Of a DNA stretch of 64,000 nucleotides, positions 1 to 11,516 are shown one piece after another. The stretch is from Moniliella sp. 'wahieum' (Eukaryota): contig RSEE01000005.1 in the NCBI GenBank assembly GCA_003971905.1, positions 248,001 through 312,000 of the forward strand. The letters run 5' to 3'. The number at the start of each line of letters is the position of its first letter. The stretch's first letter is position 1. The notes beneath the pieces are model-generated. The model ran no database searches. It was not told where the DNA came from and saw only the letters and a program-made list of their open reading frames with translations. Position numbers and translations under genes: made by a program.

Positions 1-2755
1 CAGCTCGCCGAACTCGTTGCTCAGGTTGCCGACCATGACTTCCCCGATGCCTGGCCCGAGCTTCTGGACGAGCTCGTTTCCCGCCTCACTGATCCGGACC
101 AGGGCATTCTCCTCTCTGTCCTTAACACCGCCCACACCATTCCGCAAGTGGCGCGCTGCCTTCCGCTCCGACGCCCTCTGGTCCGAATCAACTTTGTCCT
201 TGCCAAGTTCAACGCACCTTTCCTTGAACTTCTTCCGCAAGACTGACGAGGCTCTGACCAATCCTTCCACTCCATCCGCCAGGTTTCCAGCCCTGGCCAA
301 TGCCCTCAGTCTTGAGATCTCTCTTTTCTACGACTTGAGTGCTCAAGACCTTCCACCCGCATTTGAGGACAATCTCTCCACGCTCATTGTCCCGCTCCTT
401 CTTCGCTGGATGCGTTTCTCTCGACCGGAACTGGTGGGCGATGCTGACGACTCGTCGGATGAGGCTGGGCCACTGGAGAAGATTCGCGCCGGGATCTGCG
501 AGGTAGCCGAGCTATACTGCCAGCGCTTCCTGGATGTATTTGAGGAGCACGTGCCACCTCTGATTGAGGCAGTGTGGGAAATGCTCTCCTCGACCGGACT
601 CGGGGAGAGGTACGACCTGCTGGTGGCCAAGGCCATTGGTTTGCTCTCTACTGTTGTCCGCATGGGCAACAACAACGCCATGTTCTCCTCTTCTGATGCC
701 CTGCAGCAGTTGACGCAGTCTATCATTCTCCCCAATGCTCAGCTGCGCGAGGCAGACGAAGAGTTGTTTGAGGACAACCCGATGGAGTACATTCGTCGTG
801 ATCTCGATGCAGGCACAGCGGCCGCCACCGCTGTGGGTGCCTCCGGGGCAGGGGATACGTCGGACACTCGTCGTACCGCCGCTGTGGGCTTCACCCGTGC
901 TCTTTTGCACAAGTTCCCTGAAACCATGACGGGCATCATCGAGGGCCACATTGCCCAGTACTTGAGTACCTATGCTGCGGACCCCGTTACCAATTGGAAA
1001 CAGAAAGATACCGCCCTCTACCTTTTGACTGGAGTGGCGATCGAAGGTGCCACACGCCAGGGGGGCGTGAACAGCGTCAACACCCTCGTTGATGTGGTCC
1101 AGTTTTTCTCTACCAACGTGTACTCTGACCTTGAGGCCGCACCCGGCTCTGTCCACCCTATCCTTCAAGTCGATGCGATCAAGTTCCTCTACACCTTCCG
1201 CAACCAACTTACCAAGCCCCAGCTCCTTTCGGTTCTGCCCCTCTTGGTCCAACATCTCCAATCCGAGTCGTATGTGACAGTGTCCTATGCTGCCATTTCG
1301 ATCGAGCGGATCTTGTTTATGAAGCAGCCTCTTCCTGCTGGTGCCGCGGCCGCCGCCATGGGCACTTCGGCCTCGGCCGGAGCAGCAGGTGCGGCGACTG
1401 GGTTCCGACCCCCACTGTTCACGGCGGAGGATGTTCAGCCATTTGTGGAGCGCATCTTGATGGCTTGCTTCCAAACCATCCTTTCCGGTGGCACCCCCGA
1501 AAAGATTGCGGAAAACGACTATCTGATGAAATGTGTCATGCGCCTCATCCTCACCGCTCGCACCACCCTCACGCCGTTTGCCACACCCATCTTGGGCCAA
1601 CTGACGGCCATCTTGGTGGAAGTGGCCAAGAACCCGTCCAACCCACGATTCAACCAGTTCCTCTTTGAGTCCATTGCTGCCCTCGTGCGCTTTGTCACCA
1701 CCAATGCTGGCGATGAGATTGCCGCCCGACTGGCCCCCCTGGAGCAATCCCTTTTCCCTCCCTTTACCACCATTCTCCAAAATGATGCGGCCGAGTTTGT
1801 GCCCTACGTGTTCCAAGTCCTGGCGCAGATGCTGGAACTGCACCCGGCGTCGGCCTCCGGTCTGCCCAGCGCCTACCAAGAGCTTGTGCCTCCGCTACTG
1901 ACGCCTGCCCTGTGGGCAACGCGGCAACGTCCCCGCTCTCGTCCGTCTCTTCCAGGCCTTCCTTGCGATTGGCGCTCAATCTTTTGTCGCCAACAACCAA
2001 GTGGTGAACCTGATGGGCATCTACCAACGCCTCATCACCTCGCGTGCTCTCGACACGCATGGCTTTGACCTGCTCCTTGCCATCTTCCGGTATCTGCCTG
2101 AGTATGTCTCCCCCAACCCCCATGTGCCCCTCCCTTTTCTTGTGCTGACCACCTGGATTGCAGCAACGTGCTTACGCCGCTCAAGAAACCTGCGTTCCTG
2201 CTCATCCTCCAGCGGCTGCAGACCGGGCGGACAGACAAATTTACCCATGCGTTTATTGCGTTTATTGGCGGGCTGGCCTGTCTGCCGGCGCCGTACCCAG
2301 GTGCCGTGATCAGCGCAGTGGACGAGGTACAAGCCGGGATCTTTGCCCAGCTCTTGTCGGGGATCATTGTGCCCGCCCTTCCGCAGCTCCCGGCGTACCA
2401 GCAACGCCAAGCGCTCACGGGCCTCGCCCGGCTGCTCAAGGAACCTGCTATGCTCGCGCCCCCGCTCCTCTCGGTCACCCCGGCCTTGGCGCGCTCGCTT
2501 GCTCAGACAGTCACGTCGGTGCCGCCGCTGCCAGAAGGGGAGGATGAGGCGATGCACATGCTCGATCTCGAAGAGGGCGGGTTCCAAGCATCGTTCACCA
2601 AGCTTGCTGCTGCCCAAGCCCCCGTTCGGCTTACTGACTTGGCCACGCTCCCGCTTGCCGAAGCCAACACCACGTCGGTCCAAACGTTTGTTCAGGCTGC
2701 GCTGCAGCACCTTGCCGCCCATGCCCCTCCCGAGGTCAAGGCCGCGCTGGCGTAA
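1..2755 (+). CDS. CSE1: Exportin-2 / importin-alpha re-exporter Cse1 (5'-partial; frameshifted, probable intron near 2103-2163)
   Basis: Cse1-like motifs DFPDAWPELLDEL (frame 1 from base 1), QDLPPAFEDN, ELFEDNPMEYIRRDL, HPILQVDAIKFLYTFRNQL, AENDYLMKCVMR, NPSNPRFNQFLFESI, EFVPYVFQ, GFQASFTKL. Stop TAA ends at 2755. Confidence 0.95.
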
Positions 2756-2939
2756 CCTCATTTTCGCTTTCGTTGGAGCTGTCCCCTTTAGCTATGGTTT
2801 CTCCCAATTTACTCTTCCATGTGCCCCCCCCCCGGGCGTTCTTCTCTCCCATGTGCGATAACTGGAGCGGCATCGTTTTCGTGTTCGCGTGTGACCCTCA
2901 TAGTACATCCGCTTCCCATCTAGGTTCATGCATCATGGA

Positions 2940-5900
2940 TCATGAAACACGAAAGAGAATGTGCTTGTAGGCCTTGGCCTTCTGCGCCACCTGCTCGTCT
3001 GGACAGTCGAGCAAAATCGCCACGACCTCCCGGAGCACATAGCGTTCTGCATGTCCAGTACCTTGGGCTCCCAAGGTGTGCGTTCGGATTCGGACGACGG
3101 GTCGTAGTACACGGGCCCCATCAATGGGTCCATCAACGCCAGCGCCGCCGCGGCAAACATCTTTCTCCTCCCCTTCCTTGCACTCGCCCATGTACTGTTT
3201 CAGCGCCTTGGCCAGCCCCAATGTAGCCCCCAAATACTCGCCGGACGACTTGAGCGCCAGAGCGGCCGCACGTCGCATCTCCCAATGCGCCTTGGTAGCC
3301 GACCGGCGCACCGTGGCCTTACGCTCATCCGCCGCTGGGTCCACATAGGATCCCGATACGTCTCCGTCCCTTCGACGTGCGCGCGCCCGCGCGCCGCTGC
3401 CGACGCCTGTTGCCCGCGGTGGGTGGACTTGGCAGTCCATTGAGCCAAGAGCGGCGCAGCTCGCGCCTCGAGGTACTGCACCGGGCTGCGCAACATGCCT
3501 TCGCTCGCTTCCTCGTCTGCATCCGGCTCGGCCTCCTCAGGCTCCTCGTTCGGATCGAGCAGACGCGCGATCGAGCTACGTGGACTGGCGCGTGGTTTCG
3601 CTCCCGCACCCGCTCCCGCTCCGGAGTCTGCTCCTGCTCCCGCTCCGGCTCCCGATTCACCCGATCCCGAGTCGTGGTTCTGTTTCTGTCTGGGCTGGTC
3701 CCACGCCTCGGACCAGCGGAACGACCAAGGGTCAACCACTTGCTCCCACACGGGCTCGGCGCTAACGCCAATAGGTGGGGGGACGAGGTAGTAGGCCTCG
3801 CCCGTGGTGCGGCGCATGAGCAGCACAGCGCCCGAGGCAGATAGGGTGAAGAGCGCAATGTCCTCTGGGTCGCCGACGAGGGAACGTGCGGTGCTCAACA
3901 ATCCGCCCTGCAAGGCAGATGCGGCAGTCACGTCGGACCAGAGACTGACGTTGCCGTCGTTGTCGAGCACGAGCAGGGAGACTGCCAGTGAATCGTTGAT
4001 GAGGCGGAGACGGAGGCGCATGATGGAGGCCATGGCAACCGTGTGAAAGACGCGTAGACGCTCAACCGCCACACGTGGCAAGACAAGAGGCGTGTAGCGG
4101 TACACGGCCAACGTGCCGTCCAGCATGGCGACCGCCGCTACGCCCGGGACTGTGCCTGCAGGCGGAGAGAGGGCACACGCAACAATCGCCTTGTGCGGCG
4201 CGAAGTGGTCTTTCCACACTTGCTGCGCCGGCAGGTACACTTCATCGTTCTCCGTCGTACGCGGGGCCGGGAGGAACAGCTGGAGCGCCAAACTGCTCAG
4301 TCCAACCGCCGCTTCTTCCCCTGGGGCCTCCGGGTCCGGGTCGGCACTGACGTTGGACCCGACCAAGCGCCAGCGCGCGCCCGTGCCCACTTCGTATGCG
4401 TCCGAGTAGTTGTCCGTCAACAGTTCGTCGTCCCACACGGCGTGTTGGGTGTCAAAGTTGCCAGGCCAGCGGTCAGTGGGCTTGTTGATGTGCCGGTTGT
4501 AATTCTTTCGGCCGTGCGGGTTGATCAGCGGACGGGAGGGCGGAGGCGACGGAGCGGCAGGAGGAAGAGGGATGCCTTTCTGGCCCTGCAATGCGCTCAT
4601 TACACCATTGGATGCTTTTGAATGCTGGACGGGTTGCGCAGGACCCGTAGTGGGTCCCGACAGAGCTAGTCGCTTCTGTGCTCGCATCACATCGTCCGTC
4701 GACGGCAGTGTGCCGGCCGCTTGGTCCGCAGTGGCGGCGGGGCCTCGTTCTCCACCTCCCGTAGGGGACGAGTCGACGTATACACAGAAGCGTCTTCCTG
4801 GGCGGGACGAGGGGTGGGCTGTTTTCCCGGGGGAGGCTGGAGGACAGAAGGGAGAGCAGTGACCGAAGTAGCCTCGGGCGTATTGATCGTCGTGGTCACA
4901 CTGGATGCCATAGGCGATGGTTGAGCCCCTGAAGCAGCAGTAACGCCAGTAGCAGTGGGCGCAATCTTCTTCTTTCGGGGTTTCAGCCGATTGGGCTGAG
5001 CGAGAGTACCCACCGCGCCAGGAGCAGGAGCAGTGACAGTCGGGGTCGAACCAACGCTCGTCCGAAGGCTGGTGGGAGAGAAGCCCCACTTGCTCTGGGC
5101 GCGCCTCAGTTCACTGTCAGGTAAGGGGGCGGTCAAATCCTCTGGCTCGAGGATGAAGACGGCCAGGTTTCCATCGGCCGAGCAAGCATAGAGCGTCATG
5201 CCATCTTGGGCCGTGGTACCGTCCTTGTGACCGGTAGTCCAAGACAGATCCATCACTTGCCGCTCAAACACCTCCTTGGCCACTAGCACGGGGGGGGAAG
5301 CCCCGACAGCCAGATCGACACGCTCTGGTCCATGCTCCCCACTGCGGCCAGCGTAGCGACAGGATCCGAGGGGGCGAATGGCTTAAACACGCGCGGGCTA
5401 TAGGCGCAAGTGATTGTCGAATTTTCGTGGCCCACAAAGCTGTAGTTGGTCCCCCACGTTTTGCGCTCAATGAGCTGGGCGGTAAAGACGCGGCCGCCAG
5501 ACTTACTTGCGCTCCGGCCCCGGCCCACCCCCTTGGTAACCGTCGCGCTCGTCGCGTTCGGGGCGACGAGGAAGCTTCCGTCGGGGGACCAGGCTGGACG
5601 GGTGAAAACGTGCTGCCCGGACTGCGCGAAAAGGGCTCCTTGACTGTGTCACCAGGCGCATCTCGACTACATGGCGTGCTTGGCCCACTTGCATCGTTGT
5701 TTTTTGGCTGGTCGAAGCAGCGTCGGGCGCAGGCGCTGGGGCAGTCGCGATGGACCATACCCGGATTGCCTTGTCATCCGACACGGCGGCGAGGTATTGG
5801 CCCACAGGGTCAAAACAAACGCCCTTGACAAAGCCGCCACCACCTTTCGATTCTCGTGAGCCGCTCAAACGTGTGTCCGTTGTACAACACAATCGTCGAG

Positions 5901-7019
5901 TCGAGACCGACTGTGGCGAGAAAGGTGTCCTGAGGGCTCCAGGCCAGATCCACCACATCGCTCGTGTGCCCGCTGAGGCGCTGCACCGGCCGCCACGTCT
6001 CTAGCCGACCTTCTTCCACGGGGTTCACATACACTTTCCCCTTGGCCTCAGCCCCTGCCGCGGTGGGCGGGGGCACGGTGACCAAAGGGTCCATTTCCCA
6101 GATTAGCACGATCGCATCGTCCGAGCCCGAGGCAGGTAACGTCCCGAGTGGGACCAGCGCACAACAAGCACCGCGCCTGCCAAAGGGAGGTCAGTCGTGA
6201 GGAAGCCGGGCAGGGAGGGGTAGGTGGGACATACCAGTATGCCTCTGGAGGGAAGAGAGGAGATAGTGTTTGTTCCGTTCGGTAGCCAGCTCAACAGGAG
6301 CAGCAGGTTCCTCATCGTCCGTGTCGTCTTCGGGGTCGTGTGGTGGTGGCGAGGGGAAGTCGACGAGGGCCGGAGCGGAGCAGGATCTTGACCGTGCTTG
6401 CTCGGACGGCTGCAGCAGCGGCTGTGGCGCGTTCTTGCGCGTCCTCGCGCGCTTCATAGTACGCAGCCAACTTGTCGGCTCGGCGCGCGCGTTTCTCGCG
6501 ACGACTTGGGCCTGACGGTCACGCCCGCCGGGTCGCGGGCGAGAATGTCGGCGCGGCGCTGCTCCCATTCGGGATCGAGAATGCGTCCGTATTCCACATC
6601 TTGACCTTAAAGTCGATCCCGGCAGTGGCCACACGCGTGCCATCGGATGGACCGCGACGCTGAAAATGGTGCCCTTCTTCTTGCGGCCTTCGCCAATGTC
6701 CTCGGTCGCCTGCGTCATCTGGCCGGTGGCGCTGACCAGATGGGCGACCCAGGCCGGCAGGACCACCGGCTTTTCTTGGTGCTGGCCAGCTGGGCCTGGA
6801 TGAGCGCAGCTTCGGCGGCAGCAGCGGCGTCTGCGTCGTGGGCGGGTGCGGGTGCGGGCGAGGAGGCACGGGAGGGGCGGGGAGAGCGGGGGCGACGAGG
6901 CCGGGGGTGCTCCCGGGGGTGGCCGACGCGTGGGGCGCCAAGTGGGCGGCGGCGGCAGAGAGCGGGGTGGGCTGGGGCGGCGCATCCGTGGCAGCCGCCA
7001 GAGGAGGAGGAGTGGCCAT
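2940..7019 (-). CDS. HIR1: HIRA-family histone chaperone Hir1 (WD40 repeats plus C-terminal Hira domain), frameshifted, with an intron near 6170-6233
   Basis: PAWVAH...TIFSVAVHPDGTRVATAG, LSGHTSDVVDLAWSPQDTFLATVGLDS, FVKGVCFDPVGQYLA, VMDLSW, LYACSADG and a C-terminal 'AAALALKSSGEY' segment, assembled from several minus-strand ORFs. Start ATG at 7019 is inferred. Confidence 0.92.
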
Positions 7020-7614
7020 CGTTACTCACCGCCACGGCGAGGAGAAGGGGGTTTGTTGGAAAGACTGGGCGATCAACGTTAAACGCAGCGGCCACGTCGA
7101 TGGTCAGTGTGCGATGATGCCAGTTGGGCCTCTTCCGGCGATCCATGCGTGCAGCCAGCACACCGTTGAGATTCAAGATTGAATATTGGCGACTGACGGC
7201 TGCTCTCGGCGCCTGGTCCTCCCCGGCTGCCCTCCGGCGGCTCTTCGCCCATCGCAATTCGCCAGTCGCCACGCTAGTCACCAATCCATCCTGTCCATGT
7301 CATGTCTGGCCAGCCTCCAACCGCCAGTCTCCTGTTCGCGCACACGTGCTGTGTGGCAGCGGCCACTGCTGTTCCGCCGACGCACGTCGGTTGCGCGGAA
7401 TGCGTCCACGGCTCACCCGCTCACGCGCATGCGTCACGTGCCGGTCACCTTCGCGTTGCAATGTTCAAAACATGCGCCGACGCGCCCTTGAGTGTTGATT
7501 GTTGATTGGGGTCTCGCGTAGGCTAGCATGGTCCGCCACAGCCTACCGCGTCAGAGCAACCAGCAACTCGCAGCCCCAGCCCATTGCCCATCGTCCATCT
7601 CCCCCCCTCCCCCC

Positions 7615-8639
7615 ATGTCCCTCTCCTCCTCCCGCCCGCAGACGCCCATCCGCCGCATCTCGCGCGGCAGCATTGGGGCGTCCCCAGGGGCAAGCACCGG
7701 CGCCTCCTCCGTCCTCCCCCCGCGCTCGCCCACCTGGACCAGGCACTTGGCCTGCTCGGCGACGAGACGACCACCCTCGAGGCCAACCTGGCTGCGTGGC
7801 AGGGCATTGGCGAGTCGCTCAGTGTCTTTGGCGAGTCTTTCTCCGAGTTTCTCTATGGTCTGCGCATGAATGCCTTCACCGTCGACTGGTCCGAGCGGCC
7901 GCTGCCCGATGCGGCAGCGAGCGTGCAGGAACGCAAACAGCTCCTTGCTTCCCTCGGCACCGCCACATCCAACCCGTCTGCAGCCGCCGCTGAGAGTACC
8001 CTCTCCTCCCACGCCCTCGCTGCCGACACGACCTATGCCACAGCCGACGAGTCGGCGTGGCAGATGCCTCCTTCCCGCTCCCGCCGCCACCTGCAGCGGC
8101 CGTGTCCAAACCAGGAACAGGACGATCCGTTCCGTTCAAGGTAACCCACGTCGGCGCACCCGCCGCGTCGGGGACAAGCAAGCCAGGCAAGAGCTCCCTC
8201 AAAAAGCCTTCGGCACCCACCAAGCCCAAGTTGACACAGGCAGAAAAGAAGCAACGCGAGGTACGTTGCCCCTGGAAGCTTGGTCCGTCTTATTGTACTC
8301 TGACTTCGTTTCCCTCCCGTTTTCCCAGGCCTTTGTCACCGACACGATTGACCGCCTTCCTCTCGAATGGCGCGGCTCGGACCCGGCGCTGACCAGAGTG
8401 GCCCAGACCACACTGGGTGCATTGATCAACGCTGGCGACGCTGGCTCCCACTGTACGTACTCCTGTCTCTCTTCCCTCGTCTGAAAAAAAGGCTAACCTG
8501 TGATGGTGGGAATCCAGTACCGGAACTGGTGTCAGCCACCAAACTGCCGCGTGTGCAAGTCAACAAGGCCCTCAATGCGCTCGTCCTGGCCAAGCAAGTG
8601 GTCAAGGACCAAGATGCCGGCGGGGCGTGTACGTGCTGA
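7615..8639 (+). CDS. DAM1: DASH/Dam1 kinetochore complex subunit Dam1 with C-terminal extension (two short introns near 8261-8328 and 8452-8517)
   Basis: N-terminal RPQTPIRRISRGS and core LGDETTTLEANL...ESLSVFGESFSEFLYGLRMNAFTVDW match the Dam1 family pattern. Confidence 0.85.
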
Positions 8640-8806
8640 ACGTGTTGCCTTGAAGGGGTGGCGATTGGCGTGTGTGTTCTTGTACTTGTTTTTGTACGGC
8701 TCTCTAGTTGCTATGTGTACATGACCGCGACCGCGGGTTTACCCAAACAGAGTCGTGCAGGCATACAGGTAAGAGACAGTGGGTAACCGACCTGGTCATG
8801 GGCCCA

Positions 8807-8830
8807 TGACTCATGATCCGTGACCCATGA
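8807..8830. promoter_or_regulatory. Period-7 TGA array TGA-CTCA-TGA-TCCG-TGA-CCCA-TGA between the convergent DAM1 and PCH2 3' ends
   Basis: TGA at 8807, 8814, 8821 and 8828. Function is inferred only. Confidence 0.45.
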
Positions 8831-8926
8831 CCAGTCATGCAAATTACTATGAGAACGTGAAGAACGACAAGAGTAGGGAACATGCAGGAAGGCCAAGGGC
8901 ATTGGTTGGTGCGATCGTGAGCCCGA

Positions 8927-10737
8927 CTAGGCCTGTTCAGGGAGGGGCGCAGAGCTGCCCGCCTGTACTTGACGTGCCTCCTTTTGAGAATCCGCAGCCG
9001 CCTTGCTCATAGCCTCGATCCACACTTCTGTTGGGATCGGTCGCGCGACCGAAGAGATGTGTCGGGCCAGTGCCAGCACAGGCAACCGACGTAGCAACCG
9101 CCCCGAAAGACCTTTGGTCTGGCGGGCGAGTTGGGCCAACAGAAAACTAGCCGTTTCCGGACCCGTGGGTGAGGTGAGCATGGATGCGAGAGGGCCATTG
9201 CAACAGTGGCTGCGAACAGGGAGGGTCAGCAAACGCATGCGGGCAACGCGGCCGGCTGGTGGAGCAGAGAGGAGAAAAGAAACGTACAACGTGCGTGGCC
9301 ATGCCCTTGGCCATCAACTCCTCCAGGCAAGTGCGCTGGATCCAATAGATGGCTTCCGAGGAAGGAAGACCAATGTATTGTTTAATGTCGGCTCGGTCCA
9401 AAAGGCCGAATCTGCGAGAACCAGATCAGTATCATGTTCCATCCCACGTTGGTTCAACCCCCACCAGCAGAAAAGTGCACCTACCCATCGCCTCCGAATG
9501 TTAGAAGTGGTCATAACGAGAACATTCTTGTGATGTTTGAGCTTGTCCAGCTGCGTGAGTACCGCATTGACCACCCGTACTGCGTCGGAGGGTTCGAGGC
9601 CGCCCAGGGAAGCAGACCGTGCAGTGGCCAAACTTTCCACTTCATCTGAGCCAGAATACGTGTCAGTCTGATTTCAGGCGAACAACACAGCACCGATGCG
9701 TACCGATCAAGATCACAACAAACGCGTCCTCCTGTTCCACCAGCTCCAAAATCATGGAAAAAAGCCGCTGCACCAACTTGCCCGACTCGGAAAACCATTT
9801 GGAAAAAAGCGAGTGGGAGTTGATCTCGACCAGTTGGCTGCTGGCGTACTTGGTTCCTAATCGGATCGCGAGCTTTTGCGCCAAGGCCTTGCACAGACTC
9901 GTCTTGCCCGTGCCGGGGGGTCCATGAAGCAACACGAGACTTGCCAAAAAGAATGTGAGCGGGCCGCAAAGCAAAGAGATAGAAAAATAAAGCCGCCACG
10001 TACCGATTCCAAGCGATAATGTCAGCGTCAATGCCACACTCGGACAGCTCAATGGTCGAGTAGATATACTGCAGCAACCGTTGCTTCACATCGTCGTAGA
10101 TTAAACTGGCGCCCGACTATGGTCAGAAAACAGCAAGCGGGAGAGATAGAAATACTATGAAAAGAGACGTACTTGCGCCAAAGCCATCGTACTCTTTTCG
10201 TGGCAAGGCGGCCGTGCTGGCGGCAGGCAGTGAGGGCTCCTCTTTCGCCTTCCTCGTCTCCACCGACGGTAAACTCTTCGATCGCATCCGGAATAAGCTT
10301 GTACAAATGAACGTGAACATGGATCTGGCTCAGAGCGACAGTGGGCTGCCCGTTGGCTAAAGGAGAGAAGGAAATTAGTAGGAATGCGCGCAAAATGGAT
10401 ACGGATCCGGACCCAGGCCCAGCCAGAAAAGGACGCACAGCATTCACCGACGGCAATCATCTCAACGTTGGAAGCCAGTGTTGGATCTGCCCTCCATCCC
10501 GGAAGATCCGCAGTGCATGTTATGGACGGCATGTGGCGTGCCAAGTATTGGTCGAGAGCAGCGACGACAAGGTGGCTGGCGACGCGCGCGTCGTAGCGCA
10601 GGACCTCGACTGGAACGGACAAACAGGCCCAGATGGTCAGCTACGGAAAATGCCAAAACCGGTAGATTGCGATTCCTACGCACCATGAAGTAGATCCCCT
10701 GCACGATGGCATCGGATTGTCAGTGCCAGCTCGCCAT
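8927..10737 (-). CDS. PCH2: Pachytene checkpoint AAA+ ATPase Pch2/TRIP13 (multi-exon)
   Basis: [94 protein letters not shown]. Start at 10737 requires one frameshift. Confidence 0.95.
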
Positions 10738-11103
10738 GGCCACAGCGCGGTGGTGATGGTGTGGTGGTGGTGTTTGAGCGCTGAGCCGGACTAGCCATCT
10801 GTTAGGATGCGACATGGCCGGAAGTCAACATGCATCACACCTGTCATCACGTGACACAGACGAACATAACCCCCTGGGTAACAGTACGTAAAGCAACAGC
10901 GACCGCGGTGCTCTGAGCGCCAACAAGTCCCCGCTGGTCTGCTGGTTGGTCCACGTGCTCTCGAGTGCCGTGGTGAGCACCAGACTTAAATACTTCGTGA
11001 ACGTTGAACCAACGCCGTCGTAGGTCGATTCTATGTCCCAAGCCTACCTACTGCAGCATGTCGTATGAGATCGAGAGACCAGGAGTGGATGTAGTTCCTA
11101 CGG

Positions 11104-11127
11104 TCACCGATCACCGATCACCGATCA
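11104..11127. promoter_or_regulatory. Period-7 array (TCA-CCGA)3-TCA upstream of PCH2
   Basis: TCA at 11104, 11111, 11118 and 11125. Function is inferred only. Confidence 0.45.
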
Positions 11128-11516
11128 CCTTGGCATCGACAGTCGCTTGCCGAGCGAAAAGCTGTCAATCCTAGCACTTCGAGAGTGGGATTGGTCCTAC
11201 TTGAAAAAGCGTGTGCGGCGGCCTACTGGAAAAGAACGATAGACAGAAAAAACTGGACGTCTCTCTGAACCCTTAATCTGAGGCCTGAGGAGGGGTGGTA
11301 AGACGAAGAGGATAAAGACAGATAAGTGAAGCGAGCATCAACGCAATCATTCATGGAAAAGAACAAAAGGGCACCATGATGACTTGACAGCCTCAGATGA
11401 TGCAGTTACAGGGGAGTGAGGATTGAAGACATATATAGATAACGATAACACGAGAGGGGAATAGTTGTGAGAGGGGGGGTGGTGTACACACGCACTACCC
11501 TAAGGTAGGAGGAGGT

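Noticed and set aside
512..1879. Long antisense ORFs opposite conserved genes (for example 512-1879, 37032-37823)
   Set aside because: Expected by-product of high GC and codon bias in the sense genes.
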